Shown: piece by piece, positions 50,519 to 60,314 of the stretch
Position numbering within the stretch: position 1 is the first letter of the stretch
Layout: the number at the start of each line of letters is the position of its first letter
Origin: Spirochaetota bacterium
GTDB lineage: Bacteria; Spirochaetota; UBA4802; UBA5550
Direction: 5' to 3'
DNA length: 64,000 nucleotides
NCBI GenBank assembly: GCA_050298055.1
Contig: JBNKTL010000001.1
Span: forward strand, 70,979-134,978
The notes under the pieces: generated by a model
Told to the model about the DNA's origin: nothing
Database searches by the model: none
Seen by the model: the letters and a program-made list of their open reading frames with translations, nothing else
Translations under genes and position numbers: made by a program

Positions 50519-51445
50519 TTATTTCAGGGTTTGAAAAAATTCCCTGAAATCCGGAGGAAATGGAGTTCTCAGGAGCATATCCTGTCCCTTGCCCGGATGA
50601 AAAAAACGAATGCTGTATGAGTGGAGTGCGGATCGGTGAAAACCGGTTTTTTCAATGAGTTCCTCACTGTTCCCCTTCTCAATAAACTCAAGGTAATGTT
50701 TTTCATCAAGGCCGTAGAGCTTATCACCCAGGATAGGGAAACCCGAATGTTCGCAGTGAACACGGATCTGGTGTGTCCGTCCGGTGACGGGGACCGCCTT
50801 GAGAAGAGAGAAACTTCCCCTGGAGTAGAGCAGAGAAAAAACTGTTTCCGCATGTTCATCTGCTCCCTCATAGGCCTTTCTCTTTTTTCTCACTTCTGAA
50901 ACGGGATTATTTCCAATGGGGGTCTTATCGGTAAATCTCCTCTCTGCCGGAATACCCTGAACGATTGCAAGGTATGACTTTTTTACCCTGTGAAAATTTC
51001 CCTGAAGGGCGGAAGCGGTATCCCGGTCCTTCGCAAAGAGTATGATCCCCGATGTCTCCCTGTCGAGCCTGTGTACCGGGTAGAGTGCCGTTTTGTAATC
51101 ATCTTCAAGAATTGTCAGCAGTGTGTTTTTGAGGAAAACTCCCGATGGATGGACTGGGAGGTTCCCTGGTTTGTCCACTGCGAGGATCTGACTGTCCCGG
51201 TAAACCTCTCTGTAGTTACGGAGGACTTCCGGTTCAGGTTCATCCCTGCCACTGTATGACAGGATATCACCGGTCCTGACCCGCTTGTGGTGGTTGCCGA
51301 GTTTTTTCCCGTTGAGAAGAAGCCTTCCTTCTGATATCTCGTTTTGCCACCGGGACCTGCTGAAGTAGGTGAATCTCTCAGCAAGGTACCTGTCCACACG
51401 GCAGTTGCTGAATTTTTCCGGTACCTGTGAACTGTTTATGATCAT
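50519..51445 (-). CDS. RluA/RluD family pseudouridine synthase with S4 domain
   Basis: RVDRYL, KPGNLPVHP, HRLDRETSG, TGRTHQIRVH. Confidence 0.95.
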   Translation of the reverse strand: MIINSSQVPEKFSNCRVDRYLAERFTYFSRSRWQNEISEGRLLLNGKKLGNHHKRVRTGDILSYSGRDEPEPEVLRNYREVYRDSQILAVDKPGNLPVHPSGVFLKNTLLTILEDDYKTALYPVHRLDRETSGIILFAKDRDTASALQGNFHRVKKSYLAIVQGIPAERRFTDKTPIGNNPVSEVRKKRKAYEGADEHAETVFSLLYSRGSFSLLKAVPVTGRTHQIRVHCEHSGFPILGDKLYGLDEKHYLEFIEKGNSEELIEKTGFHRSALHSYSIRFFHPGKGQDMLLRTPFPPDFREFFQTLK

Positions 51446-51448
51446 CTG

Positions 51449-51621
51449 AAAATCCCCCGCCCTTCGGGCACCCCCTTTAATAAAGGGGGTTAAGATTGTA
51501 AGGAAAGTTCTTCATACAGGCTCTACTTTATTAAAGGTCGGCTTTCTCACGCCTTCCTGTCGCTATGCCGACAGGGTTACTTCCTGTAACCTCGGGAACT
51601 GCCGGAGGTTGAGGAGATTTT
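51449..51621. repeat. REP-doublet (REPIN-like) unit 1, carrying an ~55 bp insertion
   Basis: AAATCCCCCGCCCTTCGGGCACCCCCTTTAATAAAGGGGGT...TGCCGGAGGTTGAGGAGATTT; direct repeat of 52106-52219. Confidence 0.9.
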
Positions 51622-52016
51622 AAAATAATATTTTCTATAGACTCAATTTCATTGCATACTTCATCAAAATTATTAAAAATTTGATAATTAGTAAAACGTA
51701 TTACTTTTAGTCCATAGCCTTCAAGTATTTGAGTTCTGTATTTATCATATTCAATTTCTTCTTTAGTGGAATGTGTGTCTCCATCAATTTCAATTACCAG
51801 TTTTAAACCGGTGCAATAAAAATCAACAATATAGTTATCTATCGGTTTTTGCCTTAAAAACCTGTGCTTAAAACCTCTCAAAAAAGCATACCATATCTTT
51901 TTCTCCGCCTCTGTCATATTTTTTCGCAGTTCACGTGCTCTGTTTTTCAATTTCGGGTTATAGGGAATGTGAAATCCGGTTGTTATTGTGTTTCTTTCCC
52001 TGTTAATTTTCTTCAT
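51531..52016 (-). CDS. DUF559 (Vsr-like) endonuclease domain protein
   Basis: ARELRKNMTEAEKKIW, FLRQKPI..YIVDFYC, IEIDGDTH, D..R...L...G.KVIRF.N; AT-rich; C-terminus reads into the repeat. Confidence 0.93.
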   Translation of the reverse strand: MKKINRERNTITTGFHIPYNPKLKNRARELRKNMTEAEKKIWYAFLRGFKHRFLRQKPIDNYIVDFYCTGLKLVIEIDGDTHSTKEEIEYDKYRTQILEGYGLKVIRFTNYQIFNNFDEVCNEIESIENIILKSPQPPAVPEVTGSNPVGIATGRREKADL

Positions 52017-52105
52017 AGCAAGTTTCTATTTTCTTCTCATTCAATGAGATTATAGCTTTTTATGAGCACATATTTATTGTATCGGGAAGTTTTTGTAAAG
52101 AAGAT

Positions 52106-52219
52106 AAATCCCCCGCCCTTTGGGCACCCCCTTTAAAGGGGGTGAAGATTGTATAAGGAAAGTTTTTCTTACTGGCTCCCCTTTAATAAAGGGGAGCTGC
52201 CGGAGGCTGAGGGGATTTT
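52106..52219. repeat. REP-doublet (REPIN-like) unit 2
   Basis: Ends AAATCCCC / GGGGATTT; internal palindromes CCCCCTTTAAAGGGGG and GCTCCCCTTTAATAAAGGGGAGC. Confidence 0.9.
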
Positions 52220-52317
52220 CCCAATTTCCTTGACAGGGCGGGAAGTCATATAATAATCTGACCTCCTGTCCATGACATTCCGGCTGGATAACAATTCATT
52301 TATAAAAAGGAACTATC

Positions 52318-52947
52318 ATGAAATTAATAATAAAGCAGATCATTCTGATAATAATTATGTCTCTTATAATGAGCAACCCGGTTTCTGCTGATATGGATAA
52401 AGACAAACTGGACTATAAAGTATCCGAGAATACCTTTGTCAATCCCGGGATAAAGAACATGAACATCAACACCTATCTTGTCTTTCCCGCCATAATTCAT
52501 GCTGCATGGTTAAATAAAAAAAATGAAGAAGTAACGAGGAAAAGTTTTGAACAGAGAAATGCCGATAAGCTCGAACTGATGCTGCTCAGACTGGGATATA
52601 ACTGTGTTGACAGGTCGAAACTGGAGAAAATCCTTACGGAACAGAAGCTTTCACTTTCAGGAGTAACAGTGGAAAACGCAAAAAATATAGGAAAGCTTCT
52701 GGCTGCCGACGCGGTGGTCATTGTGACAATACCGGACACAGGATGGTTCAGCGAACAAAACATGTCGTTTACGAATATCAGTGTCAAGGCCGTATCGGTC
52801 AGAACGGGAAGTATTGTCTGGAAGTCCATACTGAAAGGGACTGTGGCCCATGACTACAAAAAAATCCATGACAGGATTGTGGTGGATCATATTGAGTCGA
52901 AGCTTTACAGGCTGCTGGAAGAGAAATTGAGGAAGCACCTGGAGTAA
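52318..52947 (+). CDS. Secreted CsgG/HfaB-like protein
   Basis: VDRSKLEKILTEQKLSLSG...AKNIGKLLAADAV...VRTGSIVW. Confidence 0.8.
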   Translation: MKLIIKQIILIIIMSLIMSNPVSADMDKDKLDYKVSENTFVNPGIKNMNINTYLVFPAIIHAAWLNKKNEEVTRKSFEQRNADKLELMLLRLGYNCVDRSKLEKILTEQKLSLSGVTVENAKNIGKLLAADAVVIVTIPDTGWFSEQNMSFTNISVKAVSVRTGSIVWKSILKGTVAHDYKKIHDRIVVDHIESKLYRLLEEKLRKHLE

Positions 52948-52974
52948 GAAAAGAGATTTTTTTCGGGAGGAGTT

Positions 52975-54219
52975 ATGAAATATCTGGTTGTTGGATCGGG
53001 GGGAAGAGAACATGCCCTTGCCTGGAGGCTCATGTCTGATGGCAGCGCCAGCGAGGTTTATGTGGCGCCGGGTAACGGGGGTATTGAAGACAGCTACAGG
53101 GCGGATATCAGCGGAGATGACTTTGACGGTATTCTTAGGCTTGCCCGGGACAAAAAGATCGACCTGGTGGTTGTGGGTCCCGAAGCTCCCCTGGCCGCAG
53201 GGCTTGTTGACTACCTTGAAGAGAACGGGATCAGGACTTTCGGTCCATCAAAAAAGGCCGCACAGCTTGAAGGGAGCAAGCTCTTCGCGAAGTATATCAT
53301 GGAAAAGTACAATGTTCCCACCTGCAGGCACTGGGACTTTACCGGTAAAAAGGAACTGATTGAACATATAAACGGGGTTACCGATTTTCCCCTTGTCATC
53401 AAGCTTGACGGCCTTGCGGCGGGAAAGGGTGTGGGGATCCCTGAAAACCGTGACGAGGCAATGGATTTTATCAACAGGATGGTTGAGGATGACTCAAAAT
53501 CATTTGTGGAGGAGTATCTTTCCGGTGAAGAAGCATCCATACTGGGGATATCGGACGGTGAAACCATAAAGTCCATGGTGTCGGCCCAGGACCACAAAAG
53601 GATATATGACGGTGACAGGGGCCCGAATACCGGTGGAATGGGCGCCTATGCTCCCGCGCCGGTCATGACGCCGGAGAGACTGAAGAAGGTCCATGAAACA
53701 ATATTGCGTCCCACAATTGAGGGAATGAAAAAGGAGGGCATCCCCTTCAAAGGGGTTCTCTACGCGGGGCTCATGATCTCGGGGAACGATATCAATGTGC
53801 TTGAGTTCAATGTACGTTTCGGCGATCCGGAGATACAGGCGGTGCTTCCTCTCCTGAACGGAAGGCTCGGGGACGTCCTGATAGCGGCAGTGGAAGGGAA
53901 CCTCCACAACGTGGACCTCAGCTTCAGGGAAAAACACGCGATAACCGTGGTGATCTCGTCCGGAGGATATCCCCTTGATTATGAAAAAGGAATGGAGATA
54001 AGGGGACTGGATACGGTAAGTAAAGACCTCATTGTCTTTCACGCGGGGACAAAAAGGGAAAACGGGAAGATCTATACCAATGGCGGCAGGGTACTCAATG
54101 TAACCGGTACAGGAGAAAGTATTAGTGCCGCCAGGGATTTCGTCTATGGAGAGATCGATAAAATCAGCTTTGACGGGGCCTTTTACCGGAAGGATATTGC
54201 TTACAGGGCACTTACATAA
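52975..54219 (+). CDS. purD: Phosphoribosylamine--glycine ligase
   Basis: GSGGREHAL, GPEAPL, DGLAAGKGV, QDHKR, GPNTGGMGAY, EFNVRFGDPE. Confidence 0.99.
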   Translation: MKYLVVGSGGREHALAWRLMSDGSASEVYVAPGNGGIEDSYRADISGDDFDGILRLARDKKIDLVVVGPEAPLAAGLVDYLEENGIRTFGPSKKAAQLEGSKLFAKYIMEKYNVPTCRHWDFTGKKELIEHINGVTDFPLVIKLDGLAAGKGVGIPENRDEAMDFINRMVEDDSKSFVEEYLSGEEASILGISDGETIKSMVSAQDHKRIYDGDRGPNTGGMGAYAPAPVMTPERLKKVHETILRPTIEGMKKEGIPFKGVLYAGLMISGNDINVLEFNVRFGDPEIQAVLPLLNGRLGDVLIAAVEGNLHNVDLSFREKHAITVVISSGGYPLDYEKGMEIRGLDTVSKDLIVFHAGTKRENGKIYTNGGRVLNVTGTGESISAARDFVYGEIDKISFDGAFYRKDIAYRALT

Positions 54220-54243
54220 AGAGATAAGAGAGTTTAAACACGT

Positions 54244-54972
54244 ATGAAATATTTAAACAGGATAAATTTTTTTCTGGCAGTTCTTATTTTCATCACCGCG
54301 GCCGGTACTCTCCATGGATACGAACTTGATTTTTCATTTATCGGTGCGGAACTTGTTAAAAAGGAAGCGGCACGTGAAGTTTATCGAAAAAAAAGCGGTT
54401 CCCTGATCTACAAATATAAAGACAGGGAGGAGGCGCATCTCAGTGACGGTACGCGGATAATCAGGTTCGGCAACGGGAAGAGGGAGGTCTATCCCCCCGA
54501 TGGAGTGAAGATCTATATCAATTATGACGGGTCGGTAAAGTACGTCTATCCTGACGGAAAAGAGAAATTAATATCCATGGATGGAGTCACACCCTTTGGC
54601 GTAAAGATCATGCGTGAAAACAGGACCATCCGCAGGAATAAAATACAGGTCCATATTATATACTCCGCAGAGATGTCCGATGACATTATGAGCAAGTATG
54701 TGAAGAATTTCTATGACGAACTGGCCAAACATGCCCATCTCATTGTCTACAAGAAAAAGGTCAGGGGCAGGGAGATTAAAATTGTTCTCTCAAACTGCAG
54801 GTTTGGAAGAACGGGTTACTGCCGGAGAAACAACAGGAAGGGGCTGGATATTATCGGGTACCGGGACGGGAAGAAAGAGAAGGTTATTTCCGTTAAGGAG
54901 AGTGATATCTATGATAAGAAAAAATATCAGAAAGCAGCAAGGAGCATTGTTGAGACGATGCTTTTGAAGTAG
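54244..54972 (+). CDS. Secreted hypothetical protein with short beta-hairpin (xDG/xNG) repeats
   Basis: Signal peptide; SDGT..GNGK..PDGV..YDGS..PDGK spaced 9 aa apart. Confidence 0.7.
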   Translation: MKYLNRINFFLAVLIFITAAGTLHGYELDFSFIGAELVKKEAAREVYRKKSGSLIYKYKDREEAHLSDGTRIIRFGNGKREVYPPDGVKIYINYDGSVKYVYPDGKEKLISMDGVTPFGVKIMRENRTIRRNKIQVHIIYSAEMSDDIMSKYVKNFYDELAKHAHLIVYKKKVRGREIKIVLSNCRFGRTGYCRRNNRKGLDIIGYRDGKKEKVISVKESDIYDKKKYQKAARSIVETMLLK

Positions 54973-55279
54973 AGTTCGATTTCATCCCCTGACTCACATT
55001 TCCCTGCCAACCTGAGTTCTTCCCCCATTTAGCACTTAATGGTGCGTTCGGAGTCTTTCCTCAATTCTTTTTTCTATTTTAAGAATAAAGACGAAAAACA
55101 GGGATTTGTGAAAGGGCCAGATATCTCTGTTGAATCTGAATTATTAGCAAGCACAACGCCTTCATATGGCGCAGCGAGGCCAATAAAGACTTGAAAGAGT
55201 AAAGCTTTTTAAGAAATTGGTAACAGAACGAAAAAGTTTAAACCAAAACACTATATTGCTATTGATAAAAAGAGGACAT

Positions 55280-56131
55280 ATGGATCATTTTAACGGAACC
55301 GTCGATTACGTCATCTCCCCCCAGCTCAGGGACAGTGTTAATGTCTCAATTTCCCTGGGAAGACCTCTCCTGGTAAAGGGAGAGCCGGGTACCGGGAAGA
55401 CACTTCTGGCCCATTCAATCGCCAGGGGCCTGGGTAAAAAACTCTATATATGGAATGTTAAATCCACAACCAAGGCAAAGGAAGGTCTCTACGTATACGA
55501 TACTGTGCAGAGGCTCAATGACGCCCGTTTCGGTGACGGGGATATATCGGATATCAGGAACTATATCAAGCTGGGAAAGCTGGGGGAGGCCTTTCATTCC
55601 GAAGAGCAGGTGGTCCTTCTCATAGACGAGATCGACAAGGCCGAGCTTGAATTTCCCAACGACCTGCTCAACGAGATCGATGAAATGAGCTTCTCTGTCC
55701 ATGAAACCGGCGATGAGATCCGGGCAAAGCAGAGACCCATCGTCATCATAACCTCCAACAGTGAAAAAGAGCTTCCGGACCCTTTTCTGAGAAGGTGCAT
55801 CTTTCACTATATCGACTTTCCCGGGGAAGCGCTCATGGAGGAGATCGTCCGTGTCCACTATCCGGATATAGAAAAAAAGATCCTCACGGAAGCCCTTAAG
55901 AAGTTTTACATGATAAGGGAGTATGATATGTTGAGAAAAAAGCCCTCCACAAGTGAGCTCATCGACTGGGTCCAGGCGCTCATTGCCGGCGGGATTTCCC
56001 CAAAAAAAATAAAGGACGATATGCCGTTTCTGGGAACACTTCTGAAAAAGCAGGAAGATTTTGCTGTCATAGAGAACTCCGGTTCTCATCACTCTTACAA
56101 GACAAGCGGCAGGTCCCGCAGTGTTTATTGA
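55280..56131 (+). CDS. MoxR family AAA+ ATPase
   Basis: GEPGTGKT, LLIDEIDKA, ITSNSEKELPDPFLRRC; AGAGG RBS before ATG 55280. Confidence 0.95.
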   Translation: MDHFNGTVDYVISPQLRDSVNVSISLGRPLLVKGEPGTGKTLLAHSIARGLGKKLYIWNVKSTTKAKEGLYVYDTVQRLNDARFGDGDISDIRNYIKLGKLGEAFHSEEQVVLLIDEIDKAELEFPNDLLNEIDEMSFSVHETGDEIRAKQRPIVIITSNSEKELPDPFLRRCIFHYIDFPGEALMEEIVRVHYPDIEKKILTEALKKFYMIREYDMLRKKPSTSELIDWVQALIAGGISPKKIKDDMPFLGTLLKKQEDFAVIENSGSHHSYKTSGRSRSVY

Positions 56132-57314
56132 TTTCTTTTTTAACCTGAAGGCCGGGGGAGTTCCGGTCTCCCTCCATGAATGGCTCACTCTGCACCACGC
56201 CCTCTCCCTGAATCTCAACAGGTGCAGCCTCACACACTTCTACTATATTGCCCGGTCGGTCCTTGTGAAAAACGAGGTCTACTACGACAGGTTTGACATT
56301 GCTTTTCTTGATACATTTAAAGAGATAGAAACAACGGATGAGGTCCTGGAAAAGATACTCGAGGGGTTAAAGAAGGTCAAAGAACTGAAACTCTCCGAGG
56401 AAGAGAAGAAGGAGATGGAAGCCCTTGATTTTGATGAGATCCTCAAAAAGTTCGAGGAGCAGCTGGAAGGGGGCCATTATAAAAGTCATGTGGGCGGCAA
56501 CAAGCGTATCGGAACAGGGGGCAGGTCAACACAGGGCGCATGGGGATATAATCCCGCGGGAATAAGGATAGGACAGGGTGAGTCAAGGCACCGGAGGGCG
56601 GTTCAGGTTGCAGAGAAGAGGTCGTTCAGGAATTATTCAAGTTCCAGGACCCTGGATGTGAGACAGATGAGAGTGGCCCTTTCACACCTCAGGTCAATGC
56701 TTCCCGTAGGGGAAGGTGAGAACCTTGACCTTGATGAAACAATTGATGCCACATGTAAAAACGCCGGTGAGATTGAACTCAGGTGGGAAAAGTATGAAAA
56801 AAAAACATCAAAGGTCATACTCCTGATGGATACGGGGGGCTCCATGACGCCCTATGCAGAGCTTGTGGAAAGGCTCTTTTCAGCCGCTTCGTCCCAGATC
56901 TACAGGTTCAAGCACTTCTACTTTCACAACTGTCCTTACCAGCTCCTCTGGAAGGACATGGAGAGAAATGAATCTGTTTCCACTGCGGACTTTATCAGAA
57001 ATGAAGATGCTGACTATAAACTTATTCTTGTGGGTGACGCGTCTATGTCTCCTTTTGAACTTACCTGGACAAACGGTGCGGTGGAGTACTGGTATAATAA
57101 CGATATTCCCGGTGAGGTCTGGCTCCGGAAGATCAGGGAGCGGTTTCCCGATTCAATCTGGTTAAACCCCATCCCGGGAAGGGCCTGGAGCTATAACCAA
57201 ACGATCAGGATGATCGGAGACATCTTTCCCATGTTTGAGTTGACCCTTGACGGGATTGACGAGGGAGTAAAACAGTTACTTTCCGGAAAGGGGAGGCTGA
57301 AGCATGCATTATAG
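56121..57314 (+). CDS. VWA domain protein (CoxE-like), MoxR partner
   Basis: MIDAS-like DTGGSM, YFHNC, VGDASM, WLNP; overlaps the MoxR stop. Confidence 0.9.
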   Translation: MFIDFFFNLKAGGVPVSLHEWLTLHHALSLNLNRCSLTHFYYIARSVLVKNEVYYDRFDIAFLDTFKEIETTDEVLEKILEGLKKVKELKLSEEEKKEMEALDFDEILKKFEEQLEGGHYKSHVGGNKRIGTGGRSTQGAWGYNPAGIRIGQGESRHRRAVQVAEKRSFRNYSSSRTLDVRQMRVALSHLRSMLPVGEGENLDLDETIDATCKNAGEIELRWEKYEKKTSKVILLMDTGGSMTPYAELVERLFSAASSQIYRFKHFYFHNCPYQLLWKDMERNESVSTADFIRNEDADYKLILVGDASMSPFELTWTNGAVEYWYNNDIPGEVWLRKIRERFPDSIWLNPIPGRAWSYNQTIRMIGDIFPMFELTLDGIDEGVKQLLSGKGRLKHAL

Positions 57315-58817
57315 TTCTTCCTCCCTGGTCTGTTCCTCATGTTTTTGCTGTACTATTTCATGAAGACGAGTAAACTTTTCAAAATCAGTAATACTGTATC
57401 TCTGAAGAACATCCTCTTCAATATATTCAAATGAGTACTTTTTGTTCTCGATTCCGCAGAGCTGGTTCGCAAGATAAACAATATAGATTATGTCAGTATA
57501 TTCTCCTCCTTCAGCATTAAGGGGGGCGTGGTGGTATTTAATGGAATCCACAATATAATTCGGGAGGTTCCACTTGCCCGCGATCATCTCACCGATTGTT
57601 GAGTGACTGATACCGATTGAAACCTCTTCAATGACAGTCGATGTCCTGAGCTCCCTTGATTTGGTAACTTCCGATATCCATTCGGAAAGACTGGAGTTTG
57701 TGGAGAGAAGAACGATCTTTCCCAGGTCGTGAAGAAGACCGGCCAGAAATACATTATCAATGATTTTTCCCTGTTTAAAAATGACAGCCAGTATTCTTGA
57801 GTATGAAGCGGTCCGTGTGCAGTGGTTCCATATCTGTTTAAAACTTGCATACCTTTCCTCCATTATTTTTCTGGCACTTGACGCGATAAGGAGAGAATTG
57901 AGGTGCTTCATACCGATAATCTTGATGGCATCATCAAGTTTTTCTGTCCTGTTCCGGTGAATGAACCCTGCCGAGTTAGCAAGCCTGAGTACCGATGCGG
58001 AAAGAGAGGGGTCCGCCTGTATCCTTACGGCAATCTTTTTTATGGTTATCTCCGGATCCCGGCACATCTTCTGAAGTTTTTCGATATTTTCGGGAAAAGT
58101 TGGCAGCTCTTCAACTTCATCCATTATCTGTTTCTGGATTTTTGTTGTTATTTCACCGGGATGAAGTTCAAAAGGGACTTTCAGGGCGGAGATGGTACGG
58201 GTCTTGTCTGAATTATATGTTAGAGAATTCTCCCCGATACCGGAGTTTCTCAGAAAAAGGATTGTGAGAAGGATTCCAAGGCCCTCTCCTTCTGAATCAT
58301 CAACAACCTCACCATAGACCTCCGAGAAATCATTATACTGTTTCGCTTTATTGATCCTTTCTCTGATCTTTTCAAGCTCATCAGGATGCATGGGTACGTT
58401 GTTTGATACGAATATATTTAAACCGTTTTTTTCATGCTTTATTTCAAGTGTAACCTTGTAACTGCTCTTTTTCAGGTCCTCTTCACACTGTCTCTGGTTC
58501 TTAGTGATGTATTCTTTAAAATTTATCATCCCTTGTGAATAGTCAATTTCATTGTTAATATCGAGGCTTTTGCTCATAAAATAGGTCCTCTTTGAATTGG
58601 CCTTCACGGCATTGACAATAAGTTCTCTGAGTACGGTGATGATTGTACTCTGGAGAAATACGATGTTGTTCCGGGAGAGGATCTTGGTAAAGAGTGAACT
58701 GATAAAGTGAATAATATCCTTGTTGTAGTAGTGAAAAGAAAGCCTGATGTTTTTTCCCTCATTCAATCTTGAAGACAACTGGGATGTTTGGGATGCTATT
58801 TTCTCAAATTTATTCAT
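57309..58817 (-). CDS. HDOD domain protein with N-terminal HATPase-like region
   Basis: ELIVNAVKAN...GEGLGI, then LPTFP, DPSLSASVLRLANS, GLLHDLGK, W.LP....I..HH. Confidence 0.9.
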   Translation of the reverse strand: MNKFEKIASQTSQLSSRLNEGKNIRLSFHYYNKDIIHFISSLFTKILSRNNIVFLQSTIITVLRELIVNAVKANSKRTYFMSKSLDINNEIDYSQGMINFKEYITKNQRQCEEDLKKSSYKVTLEIKHEKNGLNIFVSNNVPMHPDELEKIRERINKAKQYNDFSEVYGEVVDDSEGEGLGILLTILFLRNSGIGENSLTYNSDKTRTISALKVPFELHPGEITTKIQKQIMDEVEELPTFPENIEKLQKMCRDPEITIKKIAVRIQADPSLSASVLRLANSAGFIHRNRTEKLDDAIKIIGMKHLNSLLIASSARKIMEERYASFKQIWNHCTRTASYSRILAVIFKQGKIIDNVFLAGLLHDLGKIVLLSTNSSLSEWISEVTKSRELRTSTVIEEVSIGISHSTIGEMIAGKWNLPNYIVDSIKYHHAPLNAEGGEYTDIIYIVYLANQLCGIENKKYSFEYIEEDVLQRYSITDFEKFTRLHEIVQQKHEEQTREEEL

Positions 58818-59096
58818 CGGGCTATGAAACAGGCAGTTCCTTTTTCAGTTTAAAATCGCAGTAAGAATCAATATAAAATCATATGAAAATAAAAGTTAAA
58901 AAAACTCAATTATACTTCATAATGAAAAATAATTCTATCACGATGTTTTCGGCGGCGAAAACAAATCAGTTCATTATGTGAATTTTATCATTTATCTGTG
59001 ATTTTGTCAATAGAATGTGTAATGAGTGTTTCATAAATGATATTTATTATTATTGACAATTAACTCAATGAAAACTATTCATTATAAATATTTTTA

Positions 59097-59179
59097 TCAA
59101 TTACTCAGCTATTTGGTTAAATATAAATATTCAATAAAATATCAATAATATCCCTTCCGGCGAAGACGGCGGGGATATA
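59097..59179. repeat. Degenerate copy of the MITE-like element
   Basis: TCAATTACTCAGCT...AATATCAATAATATCCCTTCCGGCGAAGACGGCGGGGATATA. Confidence 0.65.
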
Positions 59180-59202
59180 CAAAAATCCAAAGTTGCAATA
59201 AA

Positions 59203-60300
59203 ATGCCAGGAATAGTAACCCACAATCATATATTCAAACATTCAGTGAAACTTCTGAGCAGCAGAAAAAAGAGGTCATATATACTTAATTCCCTCAGAGC
59301 ACTTTTCAAAACAAGTGAGTTTTACAATGCAGCTCTCTTTGGTTCCCTGGGACCAAATATTTTTGATTATATTCCAAAAAGGAATGAAAAAAGTTATTTT
59401 GGTCACAATGCATCATTCTTTCTTCATGACGGCGGATTATACAGGTTTCTGCTTGATATGGTAAACAGGATATACCTGTATAAGGACAAAAACAATGAAT
59501 GGGCGGCAATGCAGAGGGCGTATCTCTATGGACTGATATCTCATACAATAGCAGATACTCTCTATCACCCTTTTATGTTTTACTGGTCCGGTTTTCCCGA
59601 TTCATATAACAGGAAGGAGATTAATTATTTCAGGGAGCAGAATCTTCTTTTTACCTACAACCTGGACAATTATTACAGTACATGTGATGACAGGGTTGAG
59701 TTTAAACTTGAAGAGATGCTTCCTGTAAAGATGTTCGGTAAAAAAATGAGACTCAAAGAGCCGTTAAAACAGTTGATTCTTGAAACTCTCAGCGATGTCT
59801 ATCCGGAGATATTTAAAGACCTGATACTGAAAAGGCAGCCCGGAATAAAGAAGGAGAGTACTGATTTGATAACAATTAGGTGTTACCTGGATTATCTTCC
59901 CTTTCTGATCAAGAAAACATATTGGTTAAAGCATACGGAGAACAAGAAGGTTATCTCAATACTGAAAATGGCAAAAAAAAGAGACTTCTTTAATATCGAT
60001 TTTACAACCAGGTATCCTCAGAAAAGGTATATCAATAACCATATTCTGAATTTACACAGGGAAGCATGGAAGTATCCATCGGGAAAACCGGGCAACCATT
60101 ATGAGTCTGTAGACCACCTGATGAAGACTTCATGTGAACAAACAGTGGAGATATGGGAAAGGATCGAGGAGAGTCTCTGGGGAAATAATGATACCGGGGT
60201 TTTGGAAAAATTTAAAGCTAATATGTATACGGGTGAAGAGGGTATCAGTTATTATGATATGAAAGAGAAGAATCCGGTGAAGCTGGTATTAAGGTTTTAG
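59203..60300 (+). CDS. Zinc-dependent phospholipase C family protein
   Basis: MPGIVTH, GSLGPN, HTIADTLYHP. Confidence 0.75.
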   Translation: MPGIVTHNHIFKHSVKLLSSRKKRSYILNSLRALFKTSEFYNAALFGSLGPNIFDYIPKRNEKSYFGHNASFFLHDGGLYRFLLDMVNRIYLYKDKNNEWAAMQRAYLYGLISHTIADTLYHPFMFYWSGFPDSYNRKEINYFREQNLLFTYNLDNYYSTCDDRVEFKLEEMLPVKMFGKKMRLKEPLKQLILETLSDVYPEIFKDLILKRQPGIKKESTDLITIRCYLDYLPFLIKKTYWLKHTENKKVISILKMAKKRDFFNIDFTTRYPQKRYINNHILNLHREAWKYPSGKPGNHYESVDHLMKTSCEQTVEIWERIEESLWGNNDTGVLEKFKANMYTGEEGISYYDMKEKNPVKLVLRF

Positions 60301-60314
60301 GAAAGAGTCCCTCA

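Noticed and set aside
51560..51595. The DUF559 tail EVTGSNPVGIA looks like a translated tRNA T-arm (possible att site)
   Set aside because: The DNA has an ACAGG/CCTGT stem but the loop is AAGTAAC, not TTCGAAT, and there is no CCA end or 5' half; the local hairpins explain it better
55151..55180. GCACAACGCCTTCATATGGCGCAG as the left arm of an integron attC
   Set aside because: No complementary GTTRRRY right arm, no intact cassette ORF and no integrase nearby
58944..58963. Small hairpin TGTTTTCG-gcgg-CGAAAACA
   Set aside because: Single short stem in a divergent intergenic region with no second copy; nothing supports a function
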